DNA of 64,000 bases from Octopus vulgaris (lineage: Eukaryota). Position numbers and translations under genes: made by a program. Shown one piece after another: positions 62,995 to 64,000 of this stretch (its first letter is position 1; every line of letters begins with the position of its first letter). The notes below the pieces were generated by a model. It was not told the DNA's origin. It ran no database searches and worked only from the letters and a program-made list of their open reading frames with translations. The stretch is from contig OX597830.1 in assembly GCA_951406725.2 (NCBI GenBank), forward strand, positions 434,001 to 498,000, in the 5' to 3' direction.

Positions 62995-64000
62995 TAGTTA
63001 TTTACTTCCATTTGTTTATAAAGCGGTACGCTACTTCACCTCCAGGGGTGGTGTCAACGAACAGGACACTCTGGTATTTGTAGCTATCATACCAAGAGTT
63101 GACCTTCCCTATTTTCTTCTTTGTCCTTTCCATAGAGTTCCATGACTTGTTCCTATAGAGTGGGCAAATCACATTCCTATTATTACATAATATATTATCA
63201 AATTTCTTAATGGTTCCTTTGTTTACTCTGATCCTTTCTTTATGGCTGTAACCTGAGAACTGCATGCGGTGAATGAACTATTGTATGTGTCTCTTTAACT
63301 CTGTGGGCTCGCACATGCATGACACATTTCTCATTATTCTGACGAGGTCTGCCATCAAAATATTGAATTTGGCATCGTCCGCGATGGCTGAGTTCCGGTG
63401 GATCAAGTATTTTGAGGCCATAGGTTTAGCATAGTACGAATGAAGGATTTGGGTTTTATTATTCACAGTTTCTATCCAGAGTTCTGTGTCTAGTACTGGT
63501 AGTCAATGGTTGGGGTGTTTAGTAGGGTAGTCTATTGTGACCTTAATACTCTAGTGGATGGAGTTAGCTATTCGCTGGATGCTCTCCATAGTATTAGTTT
63601 CTATTTCTATTTTAATAGTAGGGGTGCCTTTACAACTATGTTGATATCATCAACATAGCGAGAGTACATGTTTACGAGTATGAAGTTCTGTGTTAGGCAT
63701 TCCTTAAGCCTTCTATCCCACCATACCATGAAAAGGTTGGCCACATCACCAGCGATACTAACGCCGATGGCTGCCCCCTCGTCCTGGGCATATATTTTAT
63801 TGTTAAACTTAAACGTGTAGCCTTTTAGGGTAACTCTTATACTAGCTCCTAGTGCATGTGCGATCATTTTCTTTACCTGATGGACATTTGCGGGGCTCCG
63901 TATGGCTCTGGTCCATCCGCTCCATCTCTCTGTATGGGTCTTCCTAGCCACAGAAGTAATTGTGGGTGGTCTACCTCTTAAACGTCTACTGGGGCAGAAA
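62995..64000 (-). mobile_element. Penelope-like element reverse transcriptase pseudogene (continues beyond window)
   Basis: FKFNNKIYAQDEGAAIGVSIAGDVANLFM...YSRYVDDI, IKVTIDYP..LPVLD, YYAKPMAS..HRNSA, MQFSGY, VLFVDTTPGGE; several in-frame stops. Confidence 0.88.

Noticed and set aside
63270-63620. In-frame TGA as selenocysteine, as reported in some PLEs
   Set aside because: The frame also has TAG stops, and the TGA is more simply a CGA-to-TGA decay in a pseudogene.

Overview
AT-rich, microsatellite-dense eukaryotic DNA. The SINE, LINE and microsatellite repertoire suggests a cephalopod, probably Octopus (inference). I cannot support any host protein-coding exon; the window looks intronic or intergenic and is a mosaic of transposons. 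These include a degenerate Gypsy RNaseH-integrase relic, three CR1-group/Proto2-like LINEs (one with an uninterrupted 1002-aa APE+RT ORF2 and a CCCH zinc-finger ORF1), RLE-type (Dong/R4-like) LINE relics, two mariner relics, two oppositely oriented Helitrons and several tRNA-derived SINEs. The most striking pattern is a set of Penelope-like (PLE) derivatives that the ORF track does not show. They are palindromic or inverted-repeat elements carrying type I hammerhead ribozyme motifs at about 3.1/3.4, 7.5, 22.2, 23.7, 28.1/28.7 and 62.5 kb. One hammerhead is fully canonical (28641-28722) and one element joins a tRNA-like Pol III head to a hammerhead. A PLE GIY-YIG fragment and a PLE RT fragment are also present. 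Most short ORFs in the supplied track are microsatellite artefacts. All alignments and folds were done by eye.
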